Source: Blasia pusilla (taxonomy: Eukaryota). Taken from it: DNA of 64,000 bases. This document shows positions 14,138-32,180 of the stretch, piece after piece. Position 1 is the stretch's first letter, and each line of letters starts with the position of its first letter. The notes under the pieces are model-generated. The model worked only from the letters and a program-made list of their open reading frames with translations, was not told where the DNA came from and did no database searches. The position numbers were made by a program, and so were the translations under genes. The stretch covers positions 2,418,001 through 2,482,000 of the forward strand of contig CM114271.1 of NCBI GenBank assembly GCA_050084515.1, given 5' to 3'.

Positions 14138-17100
14138 TGTCACTCAAAATGTTGAAATAAGCCCTTTCATACCATGAAAGGGTTAAGCCATGTGAAGGCT
14201 TGAATTCTCCTAAAATACATACCATATGTGGAAATTTTGGATGAAATCAGCCAAATTGATGGTGTCTATTGCATCCAAAAAGTGCCATTTTCCCCACAGC
14301 TCTATAGGATTCTTTCATGGTTTGTGATCTGTCCACTAAATTATTGTCCAATGATGATGTTATAGGCATAGATGAAGATATGGGTGGTTCCTCACTTGAA
14401 ACCCCTCGAAGCCTGACTCCACTCCTTCACTATTGCTCCAACTAACCCATTCTTCCAAACCATTAAAGAATGTCTTGATGACATGGCTCCTCATATGCAC
14501 ACTCAAACACTTAGGCTCATTCTAGACCTTTCACACTTCTCAATAGCTCACATGAGCAAATAACAACATAAATCATAAACTTGTCTCATGCACTCCAACA
14601 CTTGTGCTCAACCTAAGCTTCCCATACTCCTCACTAGATCCCCTAAGTTGGCAACATTGGGTTATAAATAAGATCCCTAATCAAGGAACCTACAAAAGCA
14701 CGCTACCCACATAAAGTGTCTACACTCAACACCTTTGAAATTGTACTTGGCTGTCACAACTCCACTCATACTCATCGTCTCCACAAGGCATATCGCAAGT
14801 TCAACCTAATCCCTATCAACCTCCATGAAAAGAGACAAGTGCACGAACAAATTTTGAAGAAATAACCTAAACACGTGAGCCATCACTTCTCTATTCAATC
14901 AACCTTGATTTCTCTAGTGCAGCAACCTCCGAGGTACAACAATATTCTTGAACTTGAAATAAAATCTCTAATGTATGGATATAGAAAACCAATTGGAATT
15001 GATATGTGTTTCATCACCTCTACCACTCAGTTATAGATAGTATGCTTGGAACCCTCATATCAATATGTGTTAGCCTTGTACTAGACAAGAGTAACTTGTT
15101 CTAAAAAGACTAGGAAAAGTGATAGAAAACTTCTCAAAAATTGTACCTTTGGAAAACCAAAAATTATGGATTTTAACTTCAACTCCTCCTCACTATACTA
15201 CAAAGAGATCTCGACACCTTGAGACTTGTGAGCAAAAGTCTTCCTTTGAGTCTTAAAAACCCAATGGGTCACGTATTTTGTAGGTAGCCAAGTAGTTTCC
15301 AAATGCTAAATGGTTCCAAATCCCCTTAGGTGGATGTCATCTCCATAGGAAGCCTCTTACCCAAGTGTCAACCAATTTCCTCAAATCACTCACCTAAATT
15401 ATAGTGTGGCGATCATTTCCTCATGGCGAGTCTCGAACGGTTCCTTAGCTCAAACAAAAAACATAGTTAATTTCTTTTTCCAAGACTTGAGTTGATAGGC
15501 AAGAAGAGGGGCCCCCCCTCTAAGTACTTATAGGGTTCTTAAGGGGAATCTGATTTTTACCATCATCCACCCAAATGTGGCTAGAACTCGGGGATGTCAT
15601 AGTACATATGCCCATATACCACGTGCGGCTAGGCCCCTATTTAACCCTCCCTATTTTCAGTCGACGTAATTAAAATATGCTTATGAAAAAATACCCTTCA
15701 ATAACCTTTTCGCTACTTTTTCCCCTATTTGACCCTCTCTTTCTTAATTAACTTTTTCAATAATCCAAAAAACCATGTGAAGCATAAGTATTTAACATCT
15801 ATTACAAAAATTACGGATTGTTATGGGTGGGCACTCTCCAAATGCCCACCCAAACATTGAATTAAAAATGGAAGACCAAAAATATGATCTTGGATTTTTA
15901 GTCATATTTTGGGGTCAAGATTAGCGAATCCAATCCGTCCAAGTGTGAGATTACATTACCAGGACCAAGCCTATCAAGTTTCATTCCAATCCAATGGTGG
16001 AAACAAATCTTGGTCATAAATGAAGGAGAATAGTGAAAAGAAGCTCAATGAATCCCCACTCCAAGCCACTATCTCCTTCCTTTCTTGGCCTTCATTTTTA
16101 GTCACAAGCTCAAAAATCATGAAACTTTGTGAAATGATATTCCTTGACTTTTGCAACATAGGAAGAAAAACAGATTCTCCAAATGCTTACCTAGAGATTG
16201 AATTAAAAATGGAAGACCACAAATATGATCTTGGATTTGTAATTACATCCTGGAGGGCCTTGCTTACATTGACTTCATATTTTTAATTTCCCTCTCCTTT
16301 GTGTAAGTTTGAAGAAATTCCAAAAAAAAATTGTAGGCAATTAAAAATACCCTGAAGTTTGACGTACGTTGTTACCAACATTTTTTTCAGTGACGCCCTG
16401 GGGCTAGGTTAGCAACTCACCAACTTGTGTTTGTCTAGTTAATCCTCATAGAGGTCATGCCTAAATAACTACCATAGAGTTTTGCTTTTATATTCTCCCC
16501 AAATATATTTTGGTGGGTTGCCTTGAAAGTTCATTGTGATTATGCATTGTTTATCTCATGATTCTGATACATGTGCGTGACTTGGAAAATTTCGCACATC
16601 CTGACTTCCCCAAACTCATCTTGGAAGTTTACCCCACATTTTTGTCTAATGGCTAGTATCGATCTTGATTCTCTCCATTGGCATCTCATAGTTGTCTTGT
16701 TGCCCTTCTTGGTTTGTGACTAGTCTTATGGCATCTTGTCCTTCTTGACTACCCTCAACTTCCTTGCTACTTGGTCTTAATTTGGAAATCAGATTAAGGG
16801 TATTACACCTTTCTTGCCTTCCTTGATCATCCTTACCAGTGGTAATACCTTTCCTACTAAAGTTTGTCTCAAGGTTTGTGCTCGTTTTCACTGGCGTTAG
16901 TCACAAGACCAATTCCACCCGTCTTCTAGTCTTGGTTGGTACTCTAATAGATCACACCATATTCTCGCTTTCTTTGATCCATGATTGTGACTCGCTACTT
17001 GATACCTTGATAGCTTGAACGTCATAGACTTAGCTATTGGCGATGCCAACCAAGAAAGGTTAGGGAAATTTAATGATGAAAAATCATTGTTAGAAGAGTC

Positions 17101-20100
17101 TTGCAGGAAAATTTTATTGTGGCCAAATTCTTTTGAAACATGAACCTCTCTCAAGCTACAATGTAGTGCTCCTATATGCTTACATTGCTACCCTAGAAAT
17201 CCATGTCTTTCTCCAAGGGACTCGGAATAGATTTTTTCCCCCATTTTTTATTTTTTCATCTATTTTTTTATTTTTTCATCTATTTTCAATTTTTCATCTC
17301 CTCTCAATTTTTTGTTGGCTTTGCACTTGAGATTAGTATTTTTGTCCCCACAGTTATGCTACTACTCCTAAATAGATTGTCACTAGCAAATCATATAGAA
17401 AGAATGGGCAACGCTTCCGTGCAAAATCATTTGAAAAACGAAAGAAACAATAAACTACTAGAAATATCCACACTAAGGCTCTCCAACGGGCCAATTCAAA
17501 TTCTCATCTACACACAACAAATTCCCCTTTTCCTACTCACATCTTTCTCGTATGAAATTGTGGTAATGACAAAGTTATAGTTGATCATCTTATTAATTTC
17601 CTACATCGTTGATGTGGTATAATTTTAATCGGTGACCAAGGTAGAAAAAGATAGACATCCTTTTTCTACCTTTTATATTTGAGTTCAATTTTCTCAAGTA
17701 AAGATTGGGTTTGGCCTAAATACTTTTCAAGATAATAAAACTAAGGCATCATGGATTGGATAATTGAAGAAATATTTTTAATATGAACATATGAAAATTT
17801 CTTTGAATGTTTTCCAACTTTAAGTGTGCTATGGATATTTAGAGACTTTCATTCTTCACAAAATTTGTTAGAAACGCTCCTTACTAAGATTCCAATTTCT
17901 TAGACAAATGGTAGGAGAAAAAGTGGGCAACATAGATTAACTTCACGCAATTAAGACTTTATAATGATGATTTCAAGTACAAATAAATGAATGATAAACT
18001 TATGATAACCAACATAAACACAATGATTAGTTCTCGATTCGTTAAAGCCAAAAATATTCACATGTGTATAAATCAATGGGTTTTGAATTAAGCACTTAAA
18101 AATGGTTGAAGACATGGTTAAAGCATGAGCACATATTTCTAATAGGAAAGGAAAAAGAACTTAAAGCAATAGAAAATGTGTAGGATATGAGTAAAGGGAC
18201 GGTCATACACTCCCCCAAAATTTCCATGTGATGTACACTTATTATTTAAGAAAAATATGAAAATAATTTTTTTCTAGAAAATTAGAAGTGATATGTTGTC
18301 ACTTACATAAAAAAATTATTCTCTTTCAATCAAACTTATTAAGGGAGGACGGATTCTTGATTTGCAAACATGTGTCTTATTTAAATATAGGAGAGGGGCA
18401 ACAAGAGAATGTTTTCATCGTTTTGGGGGCAAGAAAAAATATTTGTTTGGATTTTTGCAAACATAATTATTGTTTTGATCATAGCCTCTATATCATTCTT
18501 TGTTATTCTCATTTTAAAAAATTTGGATTTTTTTTCCTTTTCTCCGTTTAAAATTTCCCAAACATACCTCCCTCACCTTTTTCCAATGGTATCTACTATT
18601 TTTCATGTCTTCTAATATGTGAGAAAGTCTAATTTAAGAGGTGGCATGGGGGGAGACATCCACGTAAATATCATCCAACTCCAAAATTTAATTGTAAAAA
18701 AATCAATCTTGGGAGATTCTATAATTAAAAAGTAGTAAAAAGTGGTATAACGTTACTACATAGCATAGGCATGTTAGTACTTGTCTTATTGCATGGATCT
18801 ACTAATATAAAATCCATGCTATACATCAAGGGAAGTTTGAAAAGTGCTTGTAAATTTCTTTCCTATTGTGAATTGACGTGTGTCAAGTCTAGAGGCATCC
18901 AATATTAAAAGTATGTCAAATAAAAAACTCTTGGAAAAAACCCCATCCACTCTTAATGTGAAAGGGACAGGAATCACGCTCCTTGATATTTGAAAAAGTG
19001 AAAAAACTTATGCCTTGATTCAAAATGTTTGTTTTGCTCGTCATGCTTATGCATCTTTAGTTAGTACTCCATTTTACTATGAAACCTAAAAAGAGGACAA
19101 AGAAAGACAACATCATCCCAAAGAGGGAAAGATAATCTAGAATCTATATTATTTTGGTAGAGGGCCCTCTTGATTTTAAACCATCTCTCAAATAATAGGA
19201 TTGCTCGAAGTTAATTTAAGAGGTTACTTAAGTTATTAGTCATATTTTTACCATATTTATGGGTAGTTTGAATTATCCATCATTAACCTATGCATAGCAC
19301 AAATGCCCACTAGTAAACTATTATTAGAATACAAATACCAAGAGTCTATAAGACTATCCATTTGCGTTGTTAAAGTTATAAGGTGAAGCTTTAACTTATG
19401 AGAAAGTCCGTAAAGGATACAATATGGCCAAATGCCTTTGCATGGTGGTCATAGAACTCCAAAATTGGATTGTAAAAAAAAAAAACAGCGTCTTGAGGCG
19501 ACTTGAAAATAAGAATAGGGCAATGCAACATCAAGGCCTTAGATTCACATGTTTATTATTACTAGTCTTACCATGGGAATCCAATAGTGCAAAACCCATG
19601 CTATCCACTTGATATTAATCAGTCGGATTTTGAACATTGCTTGCCAAAAATATTCTTATTTATCTACGTGATATGTGGCAAAGCAAAGCCCTTGATAAAA
19701 AGAAATCCATTAACTTTAATAGATTATTACTAGTATTATGAGTATTATTATTTGAAGCGCCCAACATATAGTGAACTCTCTAATCTTACCAATTGTCTTA
19801 GGTTTCATAAGAAATTCATGAAGATGTGTTATTTATTGAGTAAAGGAGAGAAAGGGAAAACTTCTCAAATGAATGGAAGAAAAAAATAGATATTTTAAAG
19901 AAAATAAGACCTTCAAAGATTTTCTCAAGGGTTAATTTTTAACAAGGGAGGGGAAGATAGGAAAGGGAAAATTTTCCAAACGAGGTTTTAAAAGGTGTTT
20001 AATTTTGAGATAAAAACACAGGTATAATTTTAAAAAGGACGAGGAAGGTAGAAAGAGATAAATTTTCAACAAGAAGGGGTTTAATAATATTTTTTTTTAA

Positions 20101-20895
20101 ATGTTAAATTTTCAAGAGGAGATGGAAGGAGAGATAGGGATAAATTTTCAAGAAGAGATGAATTTATGGATAATTGTTTTGAAGAGATTTAATTTTCAAT
20201 AAAAGAGATGACGTGAGAAGAGTTCAATTTTCATAAGGGGATAGGAAGAGAAAGGGACAAATTTACAGCAAAGGAGAATGTTCATAAGGAATTTTCAATT
20301 GTTAAGGTTCCTCTATACAAAGAGGAGGACTTTTTGTCCCTTTCATAGCAAAGATTTTGGACAACTCTTTGCGGAAGGGATGTCCGTTTTCCTCTAGCCC
20401 AATATATTACACAAACACAAAAGCACTTGGCACCTTGTACCAAACGATCAAAGTGGCCTGAATGGGATGGCACCACAATCACCTAAGACGAGAGGTCTAG
20501 TGTATAATAAGGACAAGGTCCCATGGGGTCAAGGTTGCAACAATCCGACCTGACTATGATTGGGAGGATGCAGTTGGAGAGACACTCTTTTATAACCAAA
20601 TACCGTTCAAAACAAGTTGGTACAAGAAGGTAATACCGTCGCAATGACTCGAGCCCTACTTTTCTCCGGTGGAGACCTTCGTCATAGTCCCATTTGCACG
20701 CTAAGTCATGCATCCTTAGATTCAATCAATCTTGGAAGTCCCCACAACTTTAGTACCCACAAGACCGCATCCAAAGTCACACACATACAACCAATTGAAA
20801 CCCAAGTCCAATAAATAAAGTCCAAACTAGTCTGCAGCCCTTTTCAGAGGGGTGGGAGAGAAAGTAATTAGTGAACATGTGTGGAGGATAGGTGG

Positions 20896-21010
20896 ATAGC
20901 CTAGATAGAGAGGGAAAAAAAGAGGAGTGTCTATAGGGGCCGTAGTAATAAATAACTAAACACAGCCCCTACAAGCACTCTCAATTTTTTCCCCTCTCCA
21001 TCTAACCTAT
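20896..21010. repeat. Imperfect inverted repeat (MITE-like hairpin)
   Basis: ATAGCCTAGATAGAGAGGGAAAAAAAGAGGAGTGTCTATAGGGGCCGT pairs imperfectly with ACAGCCCCTACAAGCACTCTCAATTTTTTCCCCTCTCCATCTAACCTAT around a short AT-rich loop. Confidence 0.55.
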
Positions 21011-21978
21011 GCCTTGTGCCTATTCATTCTCGAGTTAGTTGAAAGTCGAGTTAAACGGGGAGAGACACTTAGGCAAAACTAAACACCCAGGTGTGTCCAA
21101 GCGGATTTGAACACACATCCTACCATTTTGCAGAGATGGTGGTTATCCATTTAGCGATAATCTCCTGCAAACTAACAAGGAGAACATAACATCCTTTCGG
21201 AAAAGGACCAAGGTTAACTAACTCAACCATGACTTAAGCTAATATGACGATGACTAGGCGAACTAACTCAACCTCAACTTAAGCTAATCCAAGGGTGAAT
21301 AGGTGCGAGGAACCCATGTATCTACGCGTCCCAATAATTAATTTCTCCCCCTCCCCACCTTCTCCAAACCCCATTAAACTAGTAAAAAAAAAGAAAATGT
21401 AAAGGCTCATTAAACTGGTAAAAGAAAAGAAAATGAAAGAAGAACCCTAAAGAAAACCCAAACAAAGCTCTCTCCCATCATGCGCTACATATGATGCTAT
21501 TTCCCATATAAGCTCTCTCGCCATATCCGCTCGAGGACTCCCCGTTCCTCATGAGGTGCCACCTCTCGGGGCAGGAGCGCATGGGCCGCAGAGTAGAACT
21601 ACTGAAGACGAAGTCGCGGGAGAGGAGGAGGAGGTCGACGTAATCGGAGAGCAGGAGAGAGAAAGAATCACGAGAGAGGGGCAGAAACATGGAAGGAATG
21701 GGTGTGAACAGTTGAAGAGGAAGAGGAAGAGGAAAGAAAGAAATGAAACTGTTGAGAGGAGGAGGGGTGTTTTGGAGTGGAGTGGGAAGAGAAGAGGGAG
21801 GGACGGGAGATTGGAGTTGGGAATGAAGGCATTTTGGTTCGCGTGCACGAAAAGTGGTCTGGTTGTAGAGAAGAAGAGCCTTCAAGTAGATCAGCAGCAG
21901 GAGCAGGAAGGACAACAGATTAGTACGCAGAAGAGGCAACAGGTTGTTCCCCCTGCTCCCCTGCCGGTGGACAGCGCC

Positions 21979-22053
21979 ATGATTCTGCTGCCGGGAGCCT
22001 CGAGGGTTTTGCAACAGGTTCTTCTCTCTCGCCTCCGATCGTATGTGACCTGT

Positions 22054-22106
<53 letters not shown>

Positions 22107-25100
22107 AGCTTGAAACCGTGTCGTAAATGGTGCTGGCAGATGCGATGCAAAAACATGCAACGAATGGGTCTCGTGGGCCTTTGGTAGTCCTGGGGACTAG
22201 AAAGTCTTCTCAGCCCAAAGAACGCTCTGTGATCTCTGATTTTGAATTTCACGCACTTGCGGATTGGGGAATCCAGAACATCGGGATTTCACGTCTGCTT
22301 CCATCCAATGCTGAGATTGTTTACAGCTGGTGTCAGGCGATGAGTCCTTATCTCGCTCAGGAAAATTGCGGAGGAGGCACTGGGTCGTCCTGTAGTGATG
22401 GCGATGGGAGGGGAGTTCTGGATGCGATGAACTTCTTTCGCTAGGTTTCTATGATACTCAGATTTTGGAGATCATATTGGAGATTTTTCTGGTTGTGGAC
22501 GATTCTAGTTTTTCGTTTTTTCGCCTGATCCATGCGGATACATGCTGTGAAGGCGCAGCGATGGAAGTGGGGCTGGGGGGGATCGGCCTACAGGCTATGG
22601 ACGAGCTGAACTATTAGGTTACGTAGCTGTATGTTTCAAACGCAGGTGGATGTAGATTAAGCGTGTATCGGTTTTGTGGCCTGGCTTTATCCAGTCCTAG
22701 GAGTGTAACCACATTGGTCGTATGGAGATGCTCTCATCTGGGGGTCACAGCTAGACCTAATATTTCTCTCAATATGTGTACTAGTTCATACGTATAGTCA
22801 TATCCGTATGAACTAGTACACATTTGGGGGTCACAGCTAGACCTAACATTTCCTTCAATAGAGAACGGATATGACTAGACGTCATTGAAGAATGAGCTCA
22901 TTCTTCAATGACGTCTAGTCATATCCGTTCTCCAGGCCTAGATTTAAAAAAGTTTAGAGACGAGGTATTTGTGCTCCCCTGGCCACACTTATCTTTCTAC
23001 CATTCCTGAGTTTTGGTCGAATCTGAATTTTTGTACTCCAAACGTAACAGCACCTTTAGGTTATAAATTGACCACAAGGCAAGTTGATTGGAAGAATAGG
23101 GAAGTGGCCTGGTGATCGAGAATCTTCACATTACCTCAGCCATGGGGTTTGAACCCGTACATTCTGTTCTTTGCACATGTGAGAACTTGTGTATTGTCAG
23201 CAATTTCATTATCAAACAAGAGAGGCTACTGGAGATGATAGAATTTGGTGAGCTGAGGAAGTATCATGGCCAACTACGTAGAATTTCTTACTGAAGCATA
23301 TGATGTCTACTTGTCTTGACTCCTATTCATACGTTTTTGTCATAAGTGGCCATTTCACATCGTACTTTAGTGCTGAACCTACTTTCTCTGTGTTTGTGCT
23401 GTTGCAGGACAGAGAAGCCCGGGGAGGTCGATTTCCATTTGACTGAGTTTGATGATATCCGGTATCATATCAAAGTACGTGAAATCTTCTCCTTCAAATT
23501 TCCTGTCTTACCATGTTTCCCTGATATCAAGAAGACTAAGGACCCAATTCTTAACTACAATTTGAATTTTCGAACCTTGTGTATCTGTGGGAGTGAAAAA
23601 CTTTGTGCCCAGGAGATGTACTTTGCAACTGTTTCTTATGTTCCTCTGTACTTCCACCTTGATGTGATGCGGTGAATATTGGCATGTGCAGGCATCAGCC
23701 AAGGACCCGAAGAAAATAACACTGTCAATCTCACTTCCGCAGTCGCCTCCGGAGACTGTTTTATCCGCTGGCCTTCCTTTTGGTGCGATTGAGGCTGTCA
23801 GGGGAGCATATGGATCAATTGCTCAAGTTGTTGACCCACCCGAGACTGATTATCACCTCACACTCAATCTCGACGTACAGAGCATTCCTGAGGATGAAGG
23901 TACCAGCTTTACTTCACCTGATATGTAGAAAGCGAGTTTGCTTGTGGTGAAACAAGCTTTCGCCACTTTCTACTTCACATCAAGAGATTGCAGGTTTAAT
24001 TTATGCTGGATTGAGGAGCATATGAGTTCTCCTTTTGTTTGTGCATGGTCAGGCACAAGAAAGAGATTGTTAATATGAAGAGCTGGGTTGTGGCCTGTTC
24101 AGTTTTCTGATGGACCGAGTGGTAGTTCCAGTCTCAAATATTTTTTTCTACGTCACAGGATGACTTGAAAGTTAATTCATGAAAGTTCATGAATGTTGTT
24201 TGGGTTGAGTTCCGGTATCTAACATGAAACCTTCAACAGCAATTGCAGAGCAGCTTATTACGAAAGTTGCCTCTTTGCGCTCTATTGTTCTTGGAGCACC
24301 GTTAAGAGAGATTTTGAAGCACCTGGCCACCAAGACAGTTGCCCCAGATGCAGATCGCCTCGTGGCTCTCATGCACAGGCCGAAAGAGTCCTATTTTGTC
24401 ATTCCCCAGGTATGAGTGTCTGTGCTGCTGAGCCTACTTCAGAATTCAATTAAAGTTTGCTATGCATTTTAGGTTTATGTATTTATTGAGTGGTCTCTGC
24501 TGGTAGTGATGTGAAAGGGTCATTTTTTCATCATTCTGTTTGTATTTTATCTCATAAAGTCTTCATTTGTGATGAAGTAAGGGATACTGGGAATGTTGCT
24601 GCATGTCTCCCTTCGTTTTACTGGTTTTCAAGAAAATTCTAAAATTCTGAAGGATTGTGCCCATTGCAGCCTGAGAAGGTAACAGTTGTTTTTCCCATGC
24701 GGTTCAAGGACAGTAACGATGTGATTCTTGGCACCTCTTTTCTGCAGGTCAGAGATACCACTTACTCTTGGATCTAGAAAGCATGAGTCAATTTACTTCA
24801 GTTAGACAATTATCTCCAATTGTATCTAGCAGCCTTTTTTTCAGGCCACTTTCATTTATGTGGGTCCAATCTGTTGAAAATCCAATTTTCTAGTGACATT
24901 CCAGCTAGTTGTGGCAAGTACTTGACAGCTGAGATGAACAGGTCTCCGCAAGTTCATCACAGTGCTCATGGCACAAAGATACGTCTAGCTACTGCATAAT
25001 GGAACACAAAGATTCTTGTATTGCACCTGGCTTGATGGGTTGTTCCTCAAAGTGCAGGAATTTATGGAGGCAAGACGCTCACCCGGGTTGAGCACAGCAC

Positions 25101-26470
25101 CACCGTGTGTCTGGTCTCCTGCTCCACCGCTAGAGTTGAAAGGAGCACCTGGCCAGGCTCTTGATGCAAATGCTGGATTTGTATCTTTTGGTATGTATTG
25201 AGGTGAAGAACTCCCAATATTACGATATCATGGGACAGTCACATTCCTTTGTTGGGATGGTTTTTCTGGTTGAGTCTTTTTGTTCAGGTAAACCTAACCT
25301 TGGGCATTATGGTGCCTGGAGTAGGAGTGCTTGTCTATTCAGACCAATGTTCACTTCAGTTCTTGGGGGAGCTTATCATAGTATGTTGTTTCATTGTTTA
25401 GCACTGGGTCCCTTATTTACCTTGAAACATGCTTCTGGCAGTAATTTTCCCACGGCATGTGGAGGGCGATAAATTGGACAAAGTGGTTTGGATTTTGTCA
25501 ACATTTTATGCCTACGTCAGCTATCATATCAAGGTGCTTGAGCCTTACTTGAATTGCAAAGTTGGATTGGAGTCAGTCATTCTCTGTATGTGGCTTTCGT
25601 TACTAGCCAAGCCTTTTTCTGTGAACTTTTTTTTTCCCTGGTCTAGGAGTTTGGAATAATTGCCAAGTACTGGAACTTGGTGGCAATAAAAAATGTTCCA
25701 TTGTTTGATGGTTGGTCTAGGCTCTCACAGTTTTTGTGTATTTAAAGTTTTTGTGGGAATATCAATTGTACTCAGGAATTCAGTCCTAGATTATTCTGAA
25801 CTTTATTTGGTCGTTTGTAACTGCCACCTGGGAGAAGTTGGTGCAGCAAGGAACTTTGTATGCTGTTGCATAGTGGTGCTTCCCCTCAATGCTCAGTGAC
25901 CTTCTGGGCCTGGATACTCTTTTCTTGATGGGATCTTCCCTTGATGCCAGTTTCCCATAGGCGTTTTGTTAAGTGTCCTTGGCCAATTCGTCCTGGTTGG
26001 AAAGGATGTGGAGAATCTTTCTTGGTATCGTGGAAGATATTCAACCTTACCTATATTACAGAAATTGAGCCCTTCCTCCTTTGTTTAATTGTTGAGGTTA
26101 GCTTTCACTCATACCTTGGGCCCTTGAGAAAATTAGAGAAGGTAGATTGTGTTTATGTGATTGGATTTCTGTAAAAAACAGTTAAGTACAAGTTTGCTTC
26201 ATGTGTTGACAGTGTTCAAAGGCATTCATGCACACGCGGATGAGAAGGCGAGTGGAGACACTCATACAGGTGCTTACCAAGCCCAGGCATGATTGGCTCA
26301 ATTGGACTTTTGAAGTTATGAAAGTTTTGTTGAAATGCTGCAGGTGATCTTGATTGAAATGGCTTGGTGAGTCAAATGCATTGCTTGTGCAGGTGCTCAA
26401 CCGAGCAAAACCTGAAACAGAAAAAGAGAAAAAGAGCATGTCTGGCCGGAGCTTCAAACGTTCGGTATAG
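21979..26470 (+). CDS. ARPC2: Actin-related protein 2/3 complex subunit 2 (p34-Arc); exons 21979-22040, 23408-23474, 23692-23899, 24240-24409, 24670-24747, 25058-25190, 25442-25533, 26213-26269, 26393-26470 (945 nt, 314 aa)
   Basis: All introns are GT-AG and phase-consistent. The translation MILLPGASRVL...EFDDIRYHI...GAPLREILKHLA...VTVVFPMRFKD...EFMEARR...IFPRHVEG...[34 protein letters not shown] matches plant ARPC2 (Arabidopsis ARPC2A/DIS2) throughout. Confidence 0.96.
22057..22104. repeat. (TC)24 microsatellite at the start of ARPC2 intron 1
   Basis: Pure dinucleotide run. Confidence 0.95.
22739..22932. repeat. Direct repeat-hairpin-direct repeat-palindrome cassette in ARPC2 intron 1
   Basis: 36-bp direct repeats at 22739-22774 and 22825-22860 (33/36 identical), a 19-bp stem 22774-22792/22805-22823, and a perfect 72-bp palindrome at 22861-22932. 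Confidence 0.9.
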
Positions 26471-27983
26471 CTGTTTATGCCATCAAGATTCATTGCAATC
26501 ACGGAATTGATGGTGTCCGCCTGCGGTATGAGATACTCACTGGCACAGTTCAGAACTGGGGAGAAACAGGATTCTCCTAAATGAATCAAGGTAAAACTGC
26601 TTATTGAAGTGTAGAAATGAGGAGAGGTATCCATTGGGTTAGCTTAACTGGTTCCTCATACGATCAAACCTTTCCTAGGGAAACCATGGGCCTCTGAGTG
26701 TAGTAGGGAATTTTGTTTGGTAACCTAGATTCTCAGAAATCATGGGAATAACAGAGTTCCTGGAATGTGAGTGCACAGTGAAATAACCCCTCATTTTTTT
26801 TGTCTTCCAAGTGTACTTCACGGAGGGCCTTCTACACTCTCGGGAAACATCATGATGTTGTGTAGTTATGGCTGGAGGGCTTCAGCTATCAGAATGAAGA
26901 AAACGGCGATGAGAAAGCTACATTTTAACATTTTAATGTTAAAATGGTAAATTACCCATTTTTATCATCACAAACAGAAGAAAATGTTCGCCGTGGTCAA
27001 AAAATGTGCATATCATCCCTCAAATTTCAGCAGGACTTGACTGCTACTGACCTGCGTCGGTCTGACAGTGGCTGATGGGGTGGTATGGTAGCCAAGAACT
27101 ATTAAAGTTGTATTCATCCAATGCAACGTCAGGCTTCTGCTGAGTTTGATCAATTGGATTGATTGAAGAGTGAAGGGATTTTTGAGGATTGTGTTACGGT
27201 GGCATCTAGGTGTAATGGATGAAAAAGTTTCTGTGCAAGATGATTCCATGAACAAAATCAATGTATGGTGGATGATATGTGAAGGTTTAGAGAAACATGA
27301 TATGTGAAAGTTTAGGTTGATGGCACTTAAATTCTACAGTAGTACACTTTGGAATGAAACCCAATCAGCGCTGGAGTGGAGAGTTCGTAGATTCCTTGCA
27401 AACATAGAATTTGCAGTGCGCATATGTGGAATCACCATTCAATCGTCGTGTTCTTGAATACTCAATACTAGAAAAATAAACCATTGCCATTGCCTATTAC
27501 AAGTTTCAAACAGAGTTGCATTCCATTATAGACTGAGAATGTACTGTGTCCTACTAGGCCCTATCTGAACACTTCAGGATCCACTGTCCGCAACCAGGTA
27601 AATACTGGTCTGACCTAGATGGGCCAGGAGCATCTTGTATTCTTCAAAAGGTGGTATCTGGATTACAATATTTAGTATTCTTCTCCAGCAGCAATCCTCT
27701 TTGTTTTCACCACGAAGACCAATCTACGACTCTGGAGTATGTAATACTCCTTGCTAATCCTGCTAATTTCAGCTTGATTCACTGTCCATTTCCGACTGGA
27801 GACCCACCTATGGAATGAACTCACCCGGACTAATCGTATCGTGAGAGCAGTGGTACTTGCAATGCACACCTGTGGAGGCCAATATGGATGGCATATTTGC
27901 AGCCACGGTTCCAGTGTCTGCCAGTACCTTCCTCTGACAACACCCTGCATTGTTTCGGGTGGGCCATAATTCCATTGCCACCC

Positions 27984-32008
<4,025 letters not shown>

Positions 32009-32180
32009 CTGCGAATGACCAAAAAATTCAAATCAAGAAGTATTCAAATCACAGATCATCAACACTAATAACTTGAATAAGAAGTCACTTATTTTTATTT
32101 TATGAAATAGAATTCCCATCTAGAAAAAAAAGATTATGTATCAAGACAAATGAGTGCAAGATTTGTCCAAAGATCTAAAT

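Noticed and set aside
21478-22014. 178-aa minus-strand ORF opposite the ARPC2 leader
   Set aside because: Low-complexity antisense reading of a GA-rich leader; no homology recognised.
22739-22932. CRISPR-like repeat-spacer appearance
   Set aside because: Only two repeats, the 'spacers' are related palindromes, the context is a eukaryotic intron, and no cas genes are present.
27672-27950. Additional 3' coding exons of the Mid1-like gene via a GTATGA donor at 27989
   Set aside because: The implied intron is only ~45 nt and the peptide is uninformative; the stop at 27984 is the simpler model.
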